A stretch of 64,000 bases of DNA from Alphaproteobacteria bacterium (GCA_965243315.1 CBDEUP010000007.1:21064-85063); one strand, 5' to 3'. Numbered from the stretch's first letter, positions 20,034 through 31,851 are shown. Made by a program: numbers and translations. Notes: a model not told the origin generated them from the sequence alone.

Positions 20034-20189
20034 CGTCTGGCGTCGAAAGTCCCCGAAAAAAATTTTCGCCCGATTCGCGCGGCGCGTCCGAAATCGGCGG
20101 CCTGGCCGAATTCGGGGGCGAAATCGGTGCGCCGCCACCGCCCTCGGCTGCCGGCCGGCACGTCTAGCCAACCGGCGAAACGGCCCCGG

Positions 20190-21374
20190 TCAGGCCGAGG
20201 AAGTCTCCGCCGTGGCCGGCATCTTCAAAATGTCATCGCCGATGCTGTCAGCCACTCTCGCGGACGACGCCTTGATCGAATCCCGCGCCAGATGCGCATA
20301 GCGCTGCGTCGTCTCGATCTTGTTGTGACCCAACAGCTTGCCGATCATCGACAGGCTCTCCCCGAGCGCCAGAGCCCTGGACGCAAATGAGTGCCTGAGA
20401 TCGTGAAGCCGCACGTCGGCGAGATCGGCCTCCGCCCGCACCCGGTCCCAGTAGTGGTTGAGATCGGCAAGGTGTTTGCCGGGCTTGGTGCCCGGGATCA
20501 CCCACGGGTTGCCCGCGACGCGCGGCAGCTCCGCCAGCACCCGCGCCGCAGCCGGCGACAGCGGCACCAGCCGCGCGCCGGTCTTCGAATCGGCGAGCTT
20601 CAACTCGCCCGCATCCAGGTCCACGTGCTTCCACTCAAGCGCGACGATCTCGTTGCGCCGGCACCCGGTCAGCATCAGCAGACGGATCGCCGCCGCCGGA
20701 TAGACCGGCAGCCGGCCCCCGGCCTCCATCTCGTTCAGCACCGCGCCAAGGTGGCGGAACTCCGCCTCGGTCAGGAACCGCTCGCGCTTCGTCTCCTGAT
20801 ACTTGCGCACGTACCTGCACGGGTCGCCCCCGCTGCGCAGCTTCCACTCCTCGGCGAAGTTGAACAGGCTGGTCCCGATCTCCAGCGCCCGGTTGGCCTG
20901 GTAGGGAATGTGGTGCAGATCGCGGTGCAGCTTGTCGATGTGCTCGCGCTCCACATCCTCGACCGCCACGTCGCCGTAGGACGGCACGATGAAGCGCTCG
21001 ACCGCCCTGCGGTACGCCTTCCGCGTGCTCTCCTTGCAGCGCATGTCGACATGCTCCGCCAGATACCGCGCGGCGAGCTCGGCCACCGTCACCGAGCCCC
21101 GGCCCACCGGGTCCTCGCCGCTCCTCATGCGGTTGAGGGTCTCGGCCGCCTTCTTGCGCGCCTGATCCGCGGTGATGACCCCGTGGCGCCCGAGCGTCAC
21201 GCGGCGCGACTTCCCCTTGTGCCGGGTCTGGACGACATACATCTTCGACCCGGACGGATAGACCCTGACCCCGAAGCCGGGGATGCGGTCGTCCCAGAAG
21301 ACCTCATCGCGGTCCTCGACGACAAGCGCGTCGACGGTGCGCTTGGAGATGGTGCGAAACTTCAGCTTGGCCAT
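20190..21374 (-). CDS. Tyrosine recombinase/integrase with arm-binding domain (integrase 3)
   Basis: WDDRIPGFGVRVYPSG; TGCR, DSK, HDLRH, LGH, QRY; lies at the island edge. Confidence 0.93.
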   Translation of the reverse strand: MAKLKFRTISKRTVDALVVEDRDEVFWDDRIPGFGVRVYPSGSKMYVVQTRHKGKSRRVTLGRHGVITADQARKKAAETLNRMRSGEDPVGRGSVTVAELAARYLAEHVDMRCKESTRKAYRRAVERFIVPSYGDVAVEDVEREHIDKLHRDLHHIPYQANRALEIGTSLFNFAEEWKLRSGGDPCRYVRKYQETKRERFLTEAEFRHLGAVLNEMEAGGRLPVYPAAAIRLLMLTGCRRNEIVALEWKHVDLDAGELKLADSKTGARLVPLSPAAARVLAELPRVAGNPWVIPGTKPGKHLADLNHYWDRVRAEADLADVRLHDLRHSFASRALALGESLSMIGKLLGHNKIETTQRYAHLARDSIKASSARVADSIGDDILKMPATAETSSA

Positions 21375-21852
21375 GCGATACCCCTTCTTGAGAATGGCTC
21401 TCAGCGTTCCCGGTCGGCCGCCGATTCGCTATTCGTCGTAAGCGTAAGATGGGCGTAAGCGACCGGAGTCGTTCTCCAGGGTCTTGTAGCGTAGCAGAAC
21501 GAGGGTTTCAAGAGGCGTCGATGTGGGTGCAAGCCTTTGTGCTATAGGGAATAATCATAGAAATGTCGTCTCCTGCGTTCTAGAGGCATCTCAAGGGTAC
21601 TCATGTCCAGATATCCGAAAATCGGTGTCAATTTAAGTGCCGCCGACATCGACGCCGATCAGCTTCATGGGCCGTCCGCTCGCTGTTGCGGCCCGGCGGC
21701 CGCACGTGTGTGTTGCGCGTTTGCCGCCGAGCGCTCTCGACGGCGGGGCAGTGTCTTACCCGCGCCGGAGCGGGTCAAGCAAGCCAACCCGACGGCCCAT
21801 GCACGGCGCGCACACCCCGCCTATACTGCGCGCCGTCACGACGGGGATGAGA

Positions 21853-23229
21853 ATGGCGAACGAACGCCAACCCCGCTGGAAGCGGCGGGCCTACAACATC
21901 GCGACGCTTCGGGAGGAGTCCCGGCGCGTGCTGCCGCGCCCGGTCTTCGACTTCGTCGATGGCGGGGCAGGCGATGAGCACACGCTGCGCCGGAACGTCT
22001 CCGCCTTTGACGACGTCGACCTCTATCCGCGCCCGATCGGCGGCACATCGAGCCGCGATCTCTCGACCACGCTGTTGGGACGGCATCTTTCCATGCCGCT
22101 CATCGTCCCGCCAACGGGGCTGGCCGGTCTGTTGTGGCCGAACGGCGAGGCCGCCTCGGCGCGGGCGGCGACCAAGGCTGGCTCCATCTACTGCCTCAGC
22201 CACGGCTCGGTCTGCAGCTTGGAAGAGCTGGCGAAGACCGGCATCGAGCCCCTCTGGTTCCAGACCTACATCTACAAGGACCGCGGGCTCACCCACGAGA
22301 TGGCGGCGCGCGCTCAGGCAGCGGGGTACGAGGCGCTGATCGTGACCGTCGACACCCAGCTCCTCGGCAATCGCGAGCGCGACATCCGCAACGGCTTCGT
22401 CATTCCGCCCACGATGTCCGCCCGCGAGATCGCCAACATGGCGACCAAGCTGCGCTGGCTGTTCCGGATGCGCAGCACGATCCCTAAGATCACCTTCGGC
22501 AACTACCGCAGGCCGGACGGCGGCGAGGACCTCACCGCCCTCGCCCAGCGCATGGTGGGGCTGCCCGACCCCGGCATTCAGTGGCGCGACATCGCCGACC
22601 TGCGCGCCGTCTGGAAGGGGCCACTGCTGCTCAAGGGCATCCTGCACCCGGCGGATGCGGTCGAGGCGGTGGCGAACGGTGTGGATGGGATGTTCGTTTC
22701 CAACCACGGGGGCCGGCAGCTCGACGGCGTGGCCGGCGCCGTGGACGCGCTGCCGGCGGTGGCAGACGCGGTGGCGGGCCGCGCCGCGCTGATCCTCGAC
22801 GGCGGCATCAGGCGGGGCGCCCACATCGTGAAGGCGCTGGCGCTGGGCGCGGACTGCTGCTCTATCGGCAGGCCGCAGTTCTGGGGCCTATCGGCCGCCG
22901 GCGAGGCGGGCGTGGCGCACGTCTTCGACATCTTCCGCCGCGAGCTCGACCTCACCATGGGGCTCTGCGGGCTCCCCAACATCGCCTCCATCGGGCCGGA
23001 CGTGCTGGCGCGCGGCACGGCGACCGAGACGGCCCGGCTTACCGCCGCGAGCGAGGCGGTCGCAGCGGCGGCCGTGGCGGTGGCGGAGTCGGGGACTGCC
23101 GCGAACAACGGAGACGGTGACGGCGCCGAAGAGCGTGTCGAACCCGTGCCCGAAGTGGGCGGCCCGGCGGGGCCGGAACCGACGCGCTACGGCGACTGGG
23201 AGCGCAAGGGCCGCGCTATAGACTTCTGA
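21853..23229 (+). CDS. FMN-dependent alpha-hydroxy acid oxidase/dehydrogenase (LldD-like) fused to C-terminal DUF1674 (SDHAF4-like) domain
   Basis: VSNHGGRQLDG, LKGI, DGGIRRG; then an Ala-rich linker and EVGGPAGPEPTRYGDWERKGRAIDF with no intervening stop. Confidence 0.88.
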   Translation: MANERQPRWKRRAYNIATLREESRRVLPRPVFDFVDGGAGDEHTLRRNVSAFDDVDLYPRPIGGTSSRDLSTTLLGRHLSMPLIVPPTGLAGLLWPNGEAASARAATKAGSIYCLSHGSVCSLEELAKTGIEPLWFQTYIYKDRGLTHEMAARAQAAGYEALIVTVDTQLLGNRERDIRNGFVIPPTMSAREIANMATKLRWLFRMRSTIPKITFGNYRRPDGGEDLTALAQRMVGLPDPGIQWRDIADLRAVWKGPLLLKGILHPADAVEAVANGVDGMFVSNHGGRQLDGVAGAVDALPAVADAVAGRAALILDGGIRRGAHIVKALALGADCCSIGRPQFWGLSAAGEAGVAHVFDIFRRELDLTMGLCGLPNIASIGPDVLARGTATETARLTAASEAVAAAAVAVAESGTAANNGDGDGAEERVEPVPEVGGPAGPEPTRYGDWERKGRAIDF

Positions 23230-23230
23230 C

Positions 23231-23253
23231 CGTTTCCGTCTCCGACGGAAACG
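23231..23253. terminator. Hairpin between convergent genes
   Basis: CGTTTCCGTC-tcc-GACGGAAACG, 10-bp stem right after the stop. Confidence 0.55.
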
Positions 23254-23399
23254 CTTCAGCCATTTATCGCTCACGGCAGCCGGCCTCTCGCTGATTCCGC
23301 GCGCCTCCCGGCGCGACGGCCGGCGCCTGCGCGGGCGCGCCGCAGGAGCGGCGGGCCGCGGTCGCGGCCTGTTGCGAGCCCGTCAAGGACGGATTCGCT

Positions 23400-24038
23400 C
23401 TACGCTCCGTGGCGGGCGGACCAGCCTTTGGGGTCGGCGAGGAAGGCACGGACTTCGCCGAGTCCCTGCTCGTCGATGCGCCCGCGGGCGAACGCCACTG
23501 CCAGCAGCGTGTCGAGATCGCAGATGGCGGTGAGCGCGAGGCCGGCCTCAGCCAACGCTTGTTGCGCAGACGCGCCGGCGCGCGAGAACAGCACGCTCAC
23601 CCTGTCGACCTCCGCGCCTGCGTCGCGCAGCGCCTGCGCGAAGGCGAGGATGCTGCCGGCGGTCGAGATCAGGTCCTCGATCAGATGGACGCACTCGCCG
23701 GCGACATCGCCGCCCTCGATGCGCCCTGCGGTGCCGTGCGCCTTGGCCTCGGTGCGGACGTAGACCATGGGCAGCGCCAGCCGGTTCGCGACCAGGGTGG
23801 CGAAGGGGACGCCTGCGGTAACGCCGCCAGCGATGACCGTGGCGCCCGGCTGCGGCACGGTGGCCGCCAGCGCCGCCGCCGCCCGCGTGCGGCCTTCGGG
23901 CCGCGACAGGATCAGCCGGCAGTTCACGTAAAAGGGCGCAAGGAGTCCTGAAGTAAGACGGAACGGCGCCTCGGGCCGCACCAGGAAGGCGCCGGTATCG
24001 AGCAGGACCGCCGCGATCTCCTCCGCCGCCCGGCTCAT
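23400..24038 (-). CDS. pyrE: Orotate phosphoribosyltransferase
   Basis: FRLTSG...YVNCR; PRPP-binding LIEDLISTAGS; pyr cluster context. Confidence 0.9.
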   Translation of the reverse strand: MSRAAEEIAAVLLDTGAFLVRPEAPFRLTSGLLAPFYVNCRLILSRPEGRTRAAAALAATVPQPGATVIAGGVTAGVPFATLVANRLALPMVYVRTEAKAHGTAGRIEGGDVAGECVHLIEDLISTAGSILAFAQALRDAGAEVDRVSVLFSRAGASAQQALAEAGLALTAICDLDTLLAVAFARGRIDEQGLGEVRAFLADPKGWSARHGA

Positions 24039-24112
24039 CCGTGCCCCCTGCCCTCCCGTTCTCCGGTCGTCCCGCGCCTTGCGCGAAGGTAAGCTATTCG
24101 GGCCAGGATTGG

Positions 24113-24844
24113 ATGCTGATGCCGAACGTCTCTCTCTATTGCGCCCTCGATGCGCGCGACCGGGCCACGGTCGAGCGGTTGGCGGGCCTGCTCGCGCCGG
24201 CGGTGGGCGGTCTCAAGCTTGGGCTTGAATACTTCTGCGCGCACGGACCGGAGGGCGTGAGCGCGGTGCGGGCCGCCGGCCGGCCGCTCTTCCTCGACCT
24301 CAAGCTGCACGACATCCCGAACACCGTGGCCGGTGCCGTGCGCGGCGTGGTGGCGCTGGAGCCGCACTATCTCACCATCCACGCGGCGGGCGGCGTCGCC
24401 ATGATGCAGGCGGCGCGCGAGACTGCGGAAGAGGAAGCCGCGCGGCAAGGCGTCGCCCCGCCCAACTTGCTCGGCGTGACCGTGCTGACCAGCCTCGACG
24501 CCGACGCGCTGGCGCGCCAAGGCATCGCGGGCTCCGCACGCGATCAGGTGCTGCGCCTCGCGGCGCTGGCCCACGAAGCCGGGTTGGCGGGCGTGATTGC
24601 GAGCCCGCACGAGGTGGCAACGCTGCGCGCGGCGCACGGACCGGACTTCCACATCGTCGTCCCCGGCATTCGCCCGGCGAGCGGCGCCAGTAGCGGCAAG
24701 GGCGATCAAGCGCGGGTCGCGACGCCGGCCGATGCGGCGCGCGCCGGCGCGACGGCGCTGGTCGTCGGCCGCCCGATCACGCGGGCGTCCGATCCGCTCG
24801 CAGCCGCCCGCGCCATCGCGGAGGAAATCGCCTCCGCTTCGTGA
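24113..24844 (+). CDS. pyrF: Orotidine-5'-phosphate decarboxylase
   Basis: FLDLKLHDIPNTV, VTVLTS, VPGIRP, VVGRPIT. Confidence 0.95.
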   Translation: MLMPNVSLYCALDARDRATVERLAGLLAPAVGGLKLGLEYFCAHGPEGVSAVRAAGRPLFLDLKLHDIPNTVAGAVRGVVALEPHYLTIHAAGGVAMMQAARETAEEEAARQGVAPPNLLGVTVLTSLDADALARQGIAGSARDQVLRLAALAHEAGLAGVIASPHEVATLRAAHGPDFHIVVPGIRPASGASSGKGDQARVATPADAARAGATALVVGRPITRASDPLAAARAIAEEIASAS

Positions 24845-25920
24845 TCGCGCGCTGGCGGAGCGCGGTGGTCGGCGCCGACGGCGTCGGCCAGCGAGGCGAA
24901 GCCATCGGCCGCGAGCAGCCGCGCGAGCCCTTGCGTGATCTCGTGGACGAGGCGCGGGCCCCGATAGACCAGCGCGGTGTAGAGCTGCACGAGGCTCGCG
25001 CCCGCGCGGATGCGCGCATAGGCGGCTTCGGCCGAATCGATCCCGCCCACCCCGATCAGCGGCAGGCGGCCGTTGGTCAAGGCATAGGCGCTTCGCAGCA
25101 CCTCCAGCGCGCGCGGCGCCAGCGGCGGGCCGCTCAGGCCGCCCTCCTCCGCCCGGTAGCGCGAGCGCAAGCCAGGCGGGCGCGCGGTCGTCGTGTTGGT
25201 GAGGATCAGGCCGGCGATCGGCGCACCCTCGATGGCCTCCAACAGCGCCGCCAGGGACTCCTCATCGATCTCCGGCGCGAGCTTGAGCAGGATGGGCGGC
25301 GCGCGGTCGAGACGGGCGTGCGCGTCCGCCAGCGCGGCCAGCAGGCGGTGGAGTGCGTCGCCCGCCTGCCACGCCCGCAGCCCCGGCGTGTTGGGTGAGG
25401 AGACGTTGACCGCCACGTAGTCGGCGAGCGGGGCCACGCGGGTGAGGCCGGCGGCATAGTCCCGCGCGGGATCGGCGCTCTCCTTGTTCACGCCAACGTT
25501 GATGCCGAGCGGGCACGGGTAAGCGCCATTCGCCCCGCGCCATCGCTCCAGCCGTGCTGCGACGACCTCCAGGCCGGCGCTGTTGAAACCGTAGCGGTTG
25601 ATCAGCGCGCGCTCCCGACGCAGGCGGAAGAGCCTGGGCCGGGGATTGCCCGGCTGCGGCTCGGGCGTCACCGTGCCCGCCTCGCCGAAGCCGAGGCCGA
25701 GCCGCGCGGCTGCATCCGGGCAGCGGAGATCCTTGTCGAAGCCGGCGGCGAGTCCCACGGGTGTCGGAAAGCGCAGCCCCCATAGGGTCACCGCGAGCGC
25801 CGGGTCGGGCGGCGAAGGCGCCGGCGGGCGGCCCAGCCTGAGCAGGGTGAGAGCGGCGCCGTGCGCCATCTCCGGCGGCAGGCACCGCAGGCCGGCAGTG
25901 GCGATGTCGGCGTAGGACAC
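24706..25920 (-). CDS. pyrD: Quinone-dependent dihydroorotate dehydrogenase
   Basis: GLAAGFDK, NRYGFNS, NVSSPNTPG, GGLSG, VQLYT; tail overlaps pyrF by 139 nt. Confidence 0.93.
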   Translation of the reverse strand: MSYADIATAGLRCLPPEMAHGAALTLLRLGRPPAPSPPDPALAVTLWGLRFPTPVGLAAGFDKDLRCPDAAARLGLGFGEAGTVTPEPQPGNPRPRLFRLRRERALINRYGFNSAGLEVVAARLERWRGANGAYPCPLGINVGVNKESADPARDYAAGLTRVAPLADYVAVNVSSPNTPGLRAWQAGDALHRLLAALADAHARLDRAPPILLKLAPEIDEESLAALLEAIEGAPIAGLILTNTTTARPPGLRSRYRAEEGGLSGPPLAPRALEVLRSAYALTNGRLPLIGVGGIDSAEAAYARIRAGASLVQLYTALVYRGPRLVHEITQGLARLLAADGFASLADAVGADHRAPPARDHEAEAISSAMARAAASGSDARVIGRPTTSAVAPARAASAGVATRA

Positions 25921-25937
25921 GGCGCGCCGCTCCGCTG

Positions 25938-27239
<1,302 letters not shown>

Positions 27240-27254
27240 GTGTCGCGCTCCCGT

Positions 27255-28217
27255 TCAGAAAACCGGCGCCGGGCCGAGGTTTCGGCTCAGCGCGTCGAGG
27301 CAGCCCTGGCGCACGGCGACGCCGAGCTCGACCTGGTCGAGGATGGCGCTCCGCGTGATGTCGTCGGCGACCTCGCTGTCGATCTCGACGCCCCGGTTCA
27401 TGGGCCCCGGATGGAGGATCAGCGCGTTCTCCCGCGCTTGGGCGAGCTTAGCCCGGTCGAGGCCGTAGAAGCGGAAGTACTCGCGGACCGACGGCACGAA
27501 GGTGCCCTGCATGCGCTCCTGCTGCAGGCGCAGCATCATGATGACGTCGCAGCCCGCGAGGCCTGCCCGCATGTCGTGGAAGACCTCCACGCCCATGCGC
27601 TCGATCGCCGCCGGCACCAGCGTGGGCGGCGCGATGATGCGCACGTGCGCGCCCATGGTGTTGAGCAGCAGGATGTTGGAGCGGGCGACCCGGCTGTGCA
27701 TCACGTCGCCGCAGATGGCGACCCGGAGTCCCTCGATCCGGCCGAAGCGGTGGCGGATGGTGAGCGCATCCAGCAGCGCCTGGGTGGGATGCTCGTGGCT
27801 GCCGTCGCCCGCGTTGATGACGCCGCACTCGACGTGATTGGAGAGCAGCAGGGCGGCGCCGGCATCGGGGTGGCGCATGATCAGCATGTCGGGGTGCATG
27901 GCGTTCAGCGTCATCGCCGTGTCGATGAGCGTCTCGCCCTTCTTGATCGCCGAGCTTGCCACCGCGATGTTGATGACATCGGCGCCGAGCCGCTTGCCCG
28001 CGAGCTCGAACGAGGTGCGCGTGCGGGTCGAGGTCTCGAAGAAGAGCAGGACGACAGTGCGCCCGCCGAGCAGGCTCTTGCGCTTCTGCACCTCGCGGTT
28101 GAGCGCGACGTAGCCTTCGGAGAGATCGAGCAGGTGGGTGATGGCGCCGGCGGAAAGCCCCTCGATCCCCAGCAGATGCCGGTCGCTGAAGATCGAAGGC
28201 AGGAGCGCAGGCTGCAT
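27255..28217 (-). CDS. pyrB: Aspartate carbamoyltransferase catalytic subunit
   Basis: [28 protein letters not shown]. Confidence 0.96.
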   Translation of the reverse strand: MQPALLPSIFSDRHLLGIEGLSAGAITHLLDLSEGYVALNREVQKRKSLLGGRTVVLLFFETSTRTRTSFELAGKRLGADVINIAVASSAIKKGETLIDTAMTLNAMHPDMLIMRHPDAGAALLLSNHVECGVINAGDGSHEHPTQALLDALTIRHRFGRIEGLRVAICGDVMHSRVARSNILLLNTMGAHVRIIAPPTLVPAAIERMGVEVFHDMRAGLAGCDVIMMLRLQQERMQGTFVPSVREYFRFYGLDRAKLAQARENALILHPGPMNRGVEIDSEVADDITRSAILDQVELGVAVRQGCLDALSRNLGPAPVF

Positions 28218-28326
28218 CGCTAGACCTTGTAGGTGCACGGGCGCCGATATGCAAGGGTTAGCGGTCTGCGGATGCGCCGGCAAGTCGCCGGGGCGCTATG
28301 GCGGCCGCGCCCCTACACCCCCACCC

Positions 28327-28482
28327 CGTCATGCGCGGGCATGTCCGGACTCGTTTCGGGCATCTCCAGCGACCGTGTTTTCCCTCGTACCGTCATGCGC
28401 GGACTTGATCCGCGCATCCATATCAGCCAAGCCCGCCATGCGCCGGCCAAACACGTGGATGGCCGGACAAACCCGACCACGA
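28327..28482. repeat. Alphaproteobacterial REP-like palindromic repeats
   Basis: CGTCATGCGCGGACTTGATCCGCGCATCCA...GTGGATGGCCGGACAAACCCGACCACGA; related units near 28327 and 28747-28794. Confidence 0.65.
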
Positions 28483-28553
28483 GAGCGCGGGAGCATGGGG
28501 GGCCGAAAGAGCACCCCATCACGAAAGTGGGATTCGGAGGAGCGTTAGTCTCA

Positions 28554-28622
28554 TGCGGGATTCGCCGGGATTAGGTGGGATTCGCCGGGACAAAGTGGGA
28601 TTAAGTGAGATAAGCGGGATTC
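28554..28622. repeat. Degenerate tandem array, seven ~10-bp units with GGGATT core
   Basis: tgcgggattc gccgggatta ggtgggattc gccgggacaa agtgggatta agtgagataa gcgggattc. Confidence 0.75.
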
Positions 28623-29196
28623 TACGGCAGCGTTTTCTGCCCGAGAGTCGCCCAAGAGCCCGCCCGACGGTCCCGTCATCGCCCACCCAGCGCGCGCGGA
28701 CATTGCGTCGCGCCCCGCAACATCCGCCGCACGCGATGCCCCATCTCGTCACGCGCGGACCTGCCCGGACTCGTTCCGGGTATCCGCGCATCCATATGGC
28801 AACCCCACCGGCTACGACCCATTCGCTCGCGCACATCATGGCGCGATCCTGGCACGGCTCGCGAGCAACAGGCACCGCACCATGGTCCGATGAGACTAGC
28901 GAAGCGACAGAGGACAGGCCATCGCTCCCGCCCCCCTTTTTACTCCGACCCGCTCCACCGCGTTGGGCTCCGTCGTTAGAGCGCTGTCCTCAACGGTGAC
29001 CCAACTGCCCTTCTGCCTACGCACCGCACAGCACACGGTCTTCCGAACACGCAGATTGGAATGCGCCTTTCCACATCTCTGAGAACGCATCCCTTGGAAA
29101 TACCTTTTGCGATTGAGGTCATCTGCAAGGGTAGACCGCGATACATTCGATGGCCTAAAGTACCGAATAAGAATATTGTCGAGGAGAACTCAACTA

Positions 29197-30128
29197 GTGG
29201 CTGAGCATCAGACCTCCGCCAGCGAATGGCTTGCTGATTTGGCCAACCGCATGCAGAGCGACATTGAAGCAGGGGCTGCCCCCCAAGCCGAGAGACTTAC
29301 CGTACGGCAGTTTCTGAGCCGATTTGGATATTATCGACGAGGCCCCAACGTGGTCAGCACTATCCGAAGCGCTCTTGAGACGTGCAGTCTGCGTACTTCT
29401 CCCGACTTCGAATACGAATATGTCGACAACTATATCTCCGTTGAACTCGATCCAAACGTTGAAGAAATGGCCGCAGAAGAACAATTGATTGACCCTACTG
29501 TGCGTATTGGTATTTTGCCCGCTTCTCATAATGTACCCGTTTCAGTTACTCCTAATGATTCCTTAGTTAAGGCGATAACTCTCATGCGAATTGACGACTA
29601 CTCCCAACTTCCTGTCATGACAAATGAACGGGAAGTAAAGGGAGTAGTTAGTTGGCGTTCTATAGGCGAGGCGCAAGCAGACGCACGCAACCCTACAGTG
29701 GTTCGGGAGTGCATGGAGAACGCGCACGAAGTCGATACAAGAATGATGCTTGCGGACGCAACAGAGAGGATCTGCAGTCATGGTTACGTCTTGATCCGGG
29801 GAGAGGACAGGAAAATTACAGGTATTGTAACAGCGGCAGATTTAGCGGATCAGTTTAAGCAGCGTGCACATCCTTTTTTGCTTATCGGTGAAATTGAGCA
29901 CCACTTACGGAATCTTGTTCGACGCAAGTTCACGAAGGATGAGTTCGTTGAGGCATCGGGCGGAGACGAGCACGTCAATGGCCCGGATGATCTTACGTTT
30001 GGTGGCTATTGTCGACTACTGCAAAATGAAGAGTCCTGGAGTAAATTGAAATTGAATGTTGACCGAAAAGAGCTGATAAAGCGCTTGAATACTATTCGAT
30101 TGATTCGAAATGAAATTATGCATTTTTC
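29197..30128 (+). pseudogene. CBS-pair + HEPN protein, 5' part (interrupted by transposon)
   Basis: CBS motifs YSQLPV...GVVSW and ITGIVTAADL; HEPN IEHHLR...RNEIMH; continues in frame at 35717-35815. Confidence 0.82.
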
Positions 30129-30159
30129 GGGGATTATGTAGGAGAGTGCCGAAAGCCGC

Positions 30160-30411
30160 TCACTCGGTGGGCTTCGGTCGGCGCACATAGCGGATGCTCA
30201 CAGGCTTGGTGAGGGCTTCCACCGCCTGATCGAACGTCGCGTCGACCCGCACATCTTCCTCAAGCTCCGCAGCGCTCGGCTGGTAGTCCGAGCTGACAAT
30301 CTCGACTTCGCGGGGCTTCGCTTTCGCCGACCGGTATCTGTGCAGCTTCGCGCGTGCCACAGGCTTCGCCGCAGGGGCCGGGCGGCCTTTGGCTGAAGCG
30401 TTGTCTGCCAT
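30160..30411 (-). CDS. Small hypothetical protein at transposon end
   Basis: 83 aa, YQPSAAELEEDVRVDATFDQAV; stop 5 nt from the IR. Confidence 0.6.
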   Translation of the reverse strand: MADNASAKGRPAPAAKPVARAKLHRYRSAKAKPREVEIVSSDYQPSAAELEEDVRVDATFDQAVEALTKPVSIRYVRRPKPTE

Positions 30412-30494
30412 GAGATGCGACCCGAGCCTCAATCGTTCCCCACAGCACACTTAGTCCATTGCGCCGCCCCGCGCAACCGCGCACACTCATTCTC

Positions 30495-30631
30495 GTAGAC
30501 ACTTCATGCGTCCCGCTCTGTCGGGTCGCCCGCTGAATAGAATAGCCCTAGACCCGACGTGACTGATCATCGCGTCCGGCGAATAGGCGGGGTCATCTCG
30601 CGTTCGCGTGAAGTGTCTACAACGGCCCGGC
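30495..30631 (+). ncRNA. Unrecognised conserved structured RNA motif, copy 2 (leader of lipoprotein gene)
   Basis: 16-bp closing stem 30495-30510/30605-30620; GTCGGGTC/GACCCGAC stem; three blocks identical to copy 1. Confidence 0.7.
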
Positions 30632-30666
30632 ACCAGCCGCCGCCGAGGCAACGCGGGAGAAGCCCC

Positions 30667-31539
30667 ATGAGATCGCCAATCTGTGTCGCGGCACTGACCG
30701 CGGCGGTTGCCCTGTTTTCCTTGCAAGCCTGTGGTGGAGGATTAGTTCATCATCTCCTGGATGGAAACGATGGGAATGACCAACCGGCAACGACAGAGCC
30801 ACCGGCGCCATCATCCCCCCAAATCAAGAGTGAGATCAGCGCCATCTTCGCGCGATCCAACACCCTCATCGAGGAGGAGGATCGTCACCCTCTGTTCGGC
30901 CCTCAGCGATATGCGGGCCAAATCCCGTCGAGGTTCAGCCTCAGAAGGGAACTTGAGGGGGAATACGAGTTTCTTGCCGAAGAGCAGGGCTTTTCTACTG
31001 CGGCTGCCGTCTGGACCACAACGGAGAGACAGAGATGGGTGACGGGCCACTTGAGCCTCGGGGGATGGATGGAGCACAGCTTCTTCCTGGTGAACCAGAC
31101 CGTCTCGGCTGACACTTATGGTGACTATGTGTCGGTCTACCTCGACATCTTTTCCATCGGTGCCGCGAGCGGTACGAACCCCTCTCCTCTTGGCGGCAGC
31201 GCTACCTGGGCCGGCATCATGGCCGGGGTAGACGAGAGCTTGGCAGGACCTGGCATCTCTCGCCTCGAGCATGAAGAGGACAATCTCTACCTCGGAGACG
31301 CCACGCTCACGATCGACGACTTCGCGATGCCGGAAGTGGATGTCCATTTCACCAACGTAACTAACGCAGACTCCGGCCGCCGGCTCAGGGATGTGAACTG
31401 GTTCGATCTGCCTGTGAATGCCGGCGGCTTCGAGGGACGCGGCATTCTCGGCCGCTTCTACGGCCCACAGCACCAAGAGGTAGGAGGGGTCTTCCAGTTC
31501 GGCACAATCAACGGTGCCTTCGGCGCCCTGCGCCATTGA
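30667..31539 (+). CDS. Lipoprotein with C-terminal TbpB-like beta-barrel
   Basis: Lipobox LQAC-GGG; GSATWAGIMAG...GRFYGPQHQEVGGVF...GAFGA, parallel to the C-terminus of 3369-5084. Confidence 0.8.
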   Translation: MRSPICVAALTAAVALFSLQACGGGLVHHLLDGNDGNDQPATTEPPAPSSPQIKSEISAIFARSNTLIEEEDRHPLFGPQRYAGQIPSRFSLRRELEGEYEFLAEEQGFSTAAAVWTTTERQRWVTGHLSLGGWMEHSFFLVNQTVSADTYGDYVSVYLDIFSIGAASGTNPSPLGGSATWAGIMAGVDESLAGPGISRLEHEEDNLYLGDATLTIDDFAMPEVDVHFTNVTNADSGRRLRDVNWFDLPVNAGGFEGRGILGRFYGPQHQEVGGVFQFGTINGAFGALRH

Positions 31540-31552
31540 CGGAGGGTGAATC

Positions 31553-31819
31553 ATGGATCAGTTCGCGGGCACCTTCTTCGCGATAGGCTGGTTCGTTCCC
31601 CCGCTCATTCTCCTAATCGCCTTGGCCTGCTGGCTCTGTCCTAAAGCCGAGAAAAGGGTATGGCCGTGGGTAATCGTGGCCTTCATCCCGATCGTCAATT
31701 TCTTCGCGCCGTATATCCTCCTTGCCCAGGCAGTAGGCGTTGCGCTGGATCGGACCGAATACGAGTGGGAGCCAGAGGACGAATGGGAACCGGAGGACCA
31801 AGACGCCCTGCGGGAGTGA
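31553..31819 (+). CDS. Small membrane protein with acidic tail
   Basis: GGAGG RBS; two hydrophobic segments; EWEPED twice. Confidence 0.65.
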   Translation: MDQFAGTFFAIGWFVPPLILLIALACWLCPKAEKRVWPWVIVAFIPIVNFFAPYILLAQAVGVALDRTEYEWEPEDEWEPEDQDALRE

Positions 31820-31851
31820 TTGACCCCGCTCCCGGTTTGTTCCACTAATAG

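Larger units (their letters stand above)
677..21636. mobile_element. Integrative mobilisable island with defence cargo (left end probably outside window)
   Basis: Integrases, MOBF relaxase and RHH protein without T4SS genes; AT-rich stretch at 21540-21636 then housekeeping genes; no att duplication found. Confidence 0.65.

Noticed and set aside
21437-21636. Exact att site of the left island (three CGTAAG copies, AT-rich stretch)
   Set aside because: Plausible arm and core sites, but no matching second att copy was found in the window.
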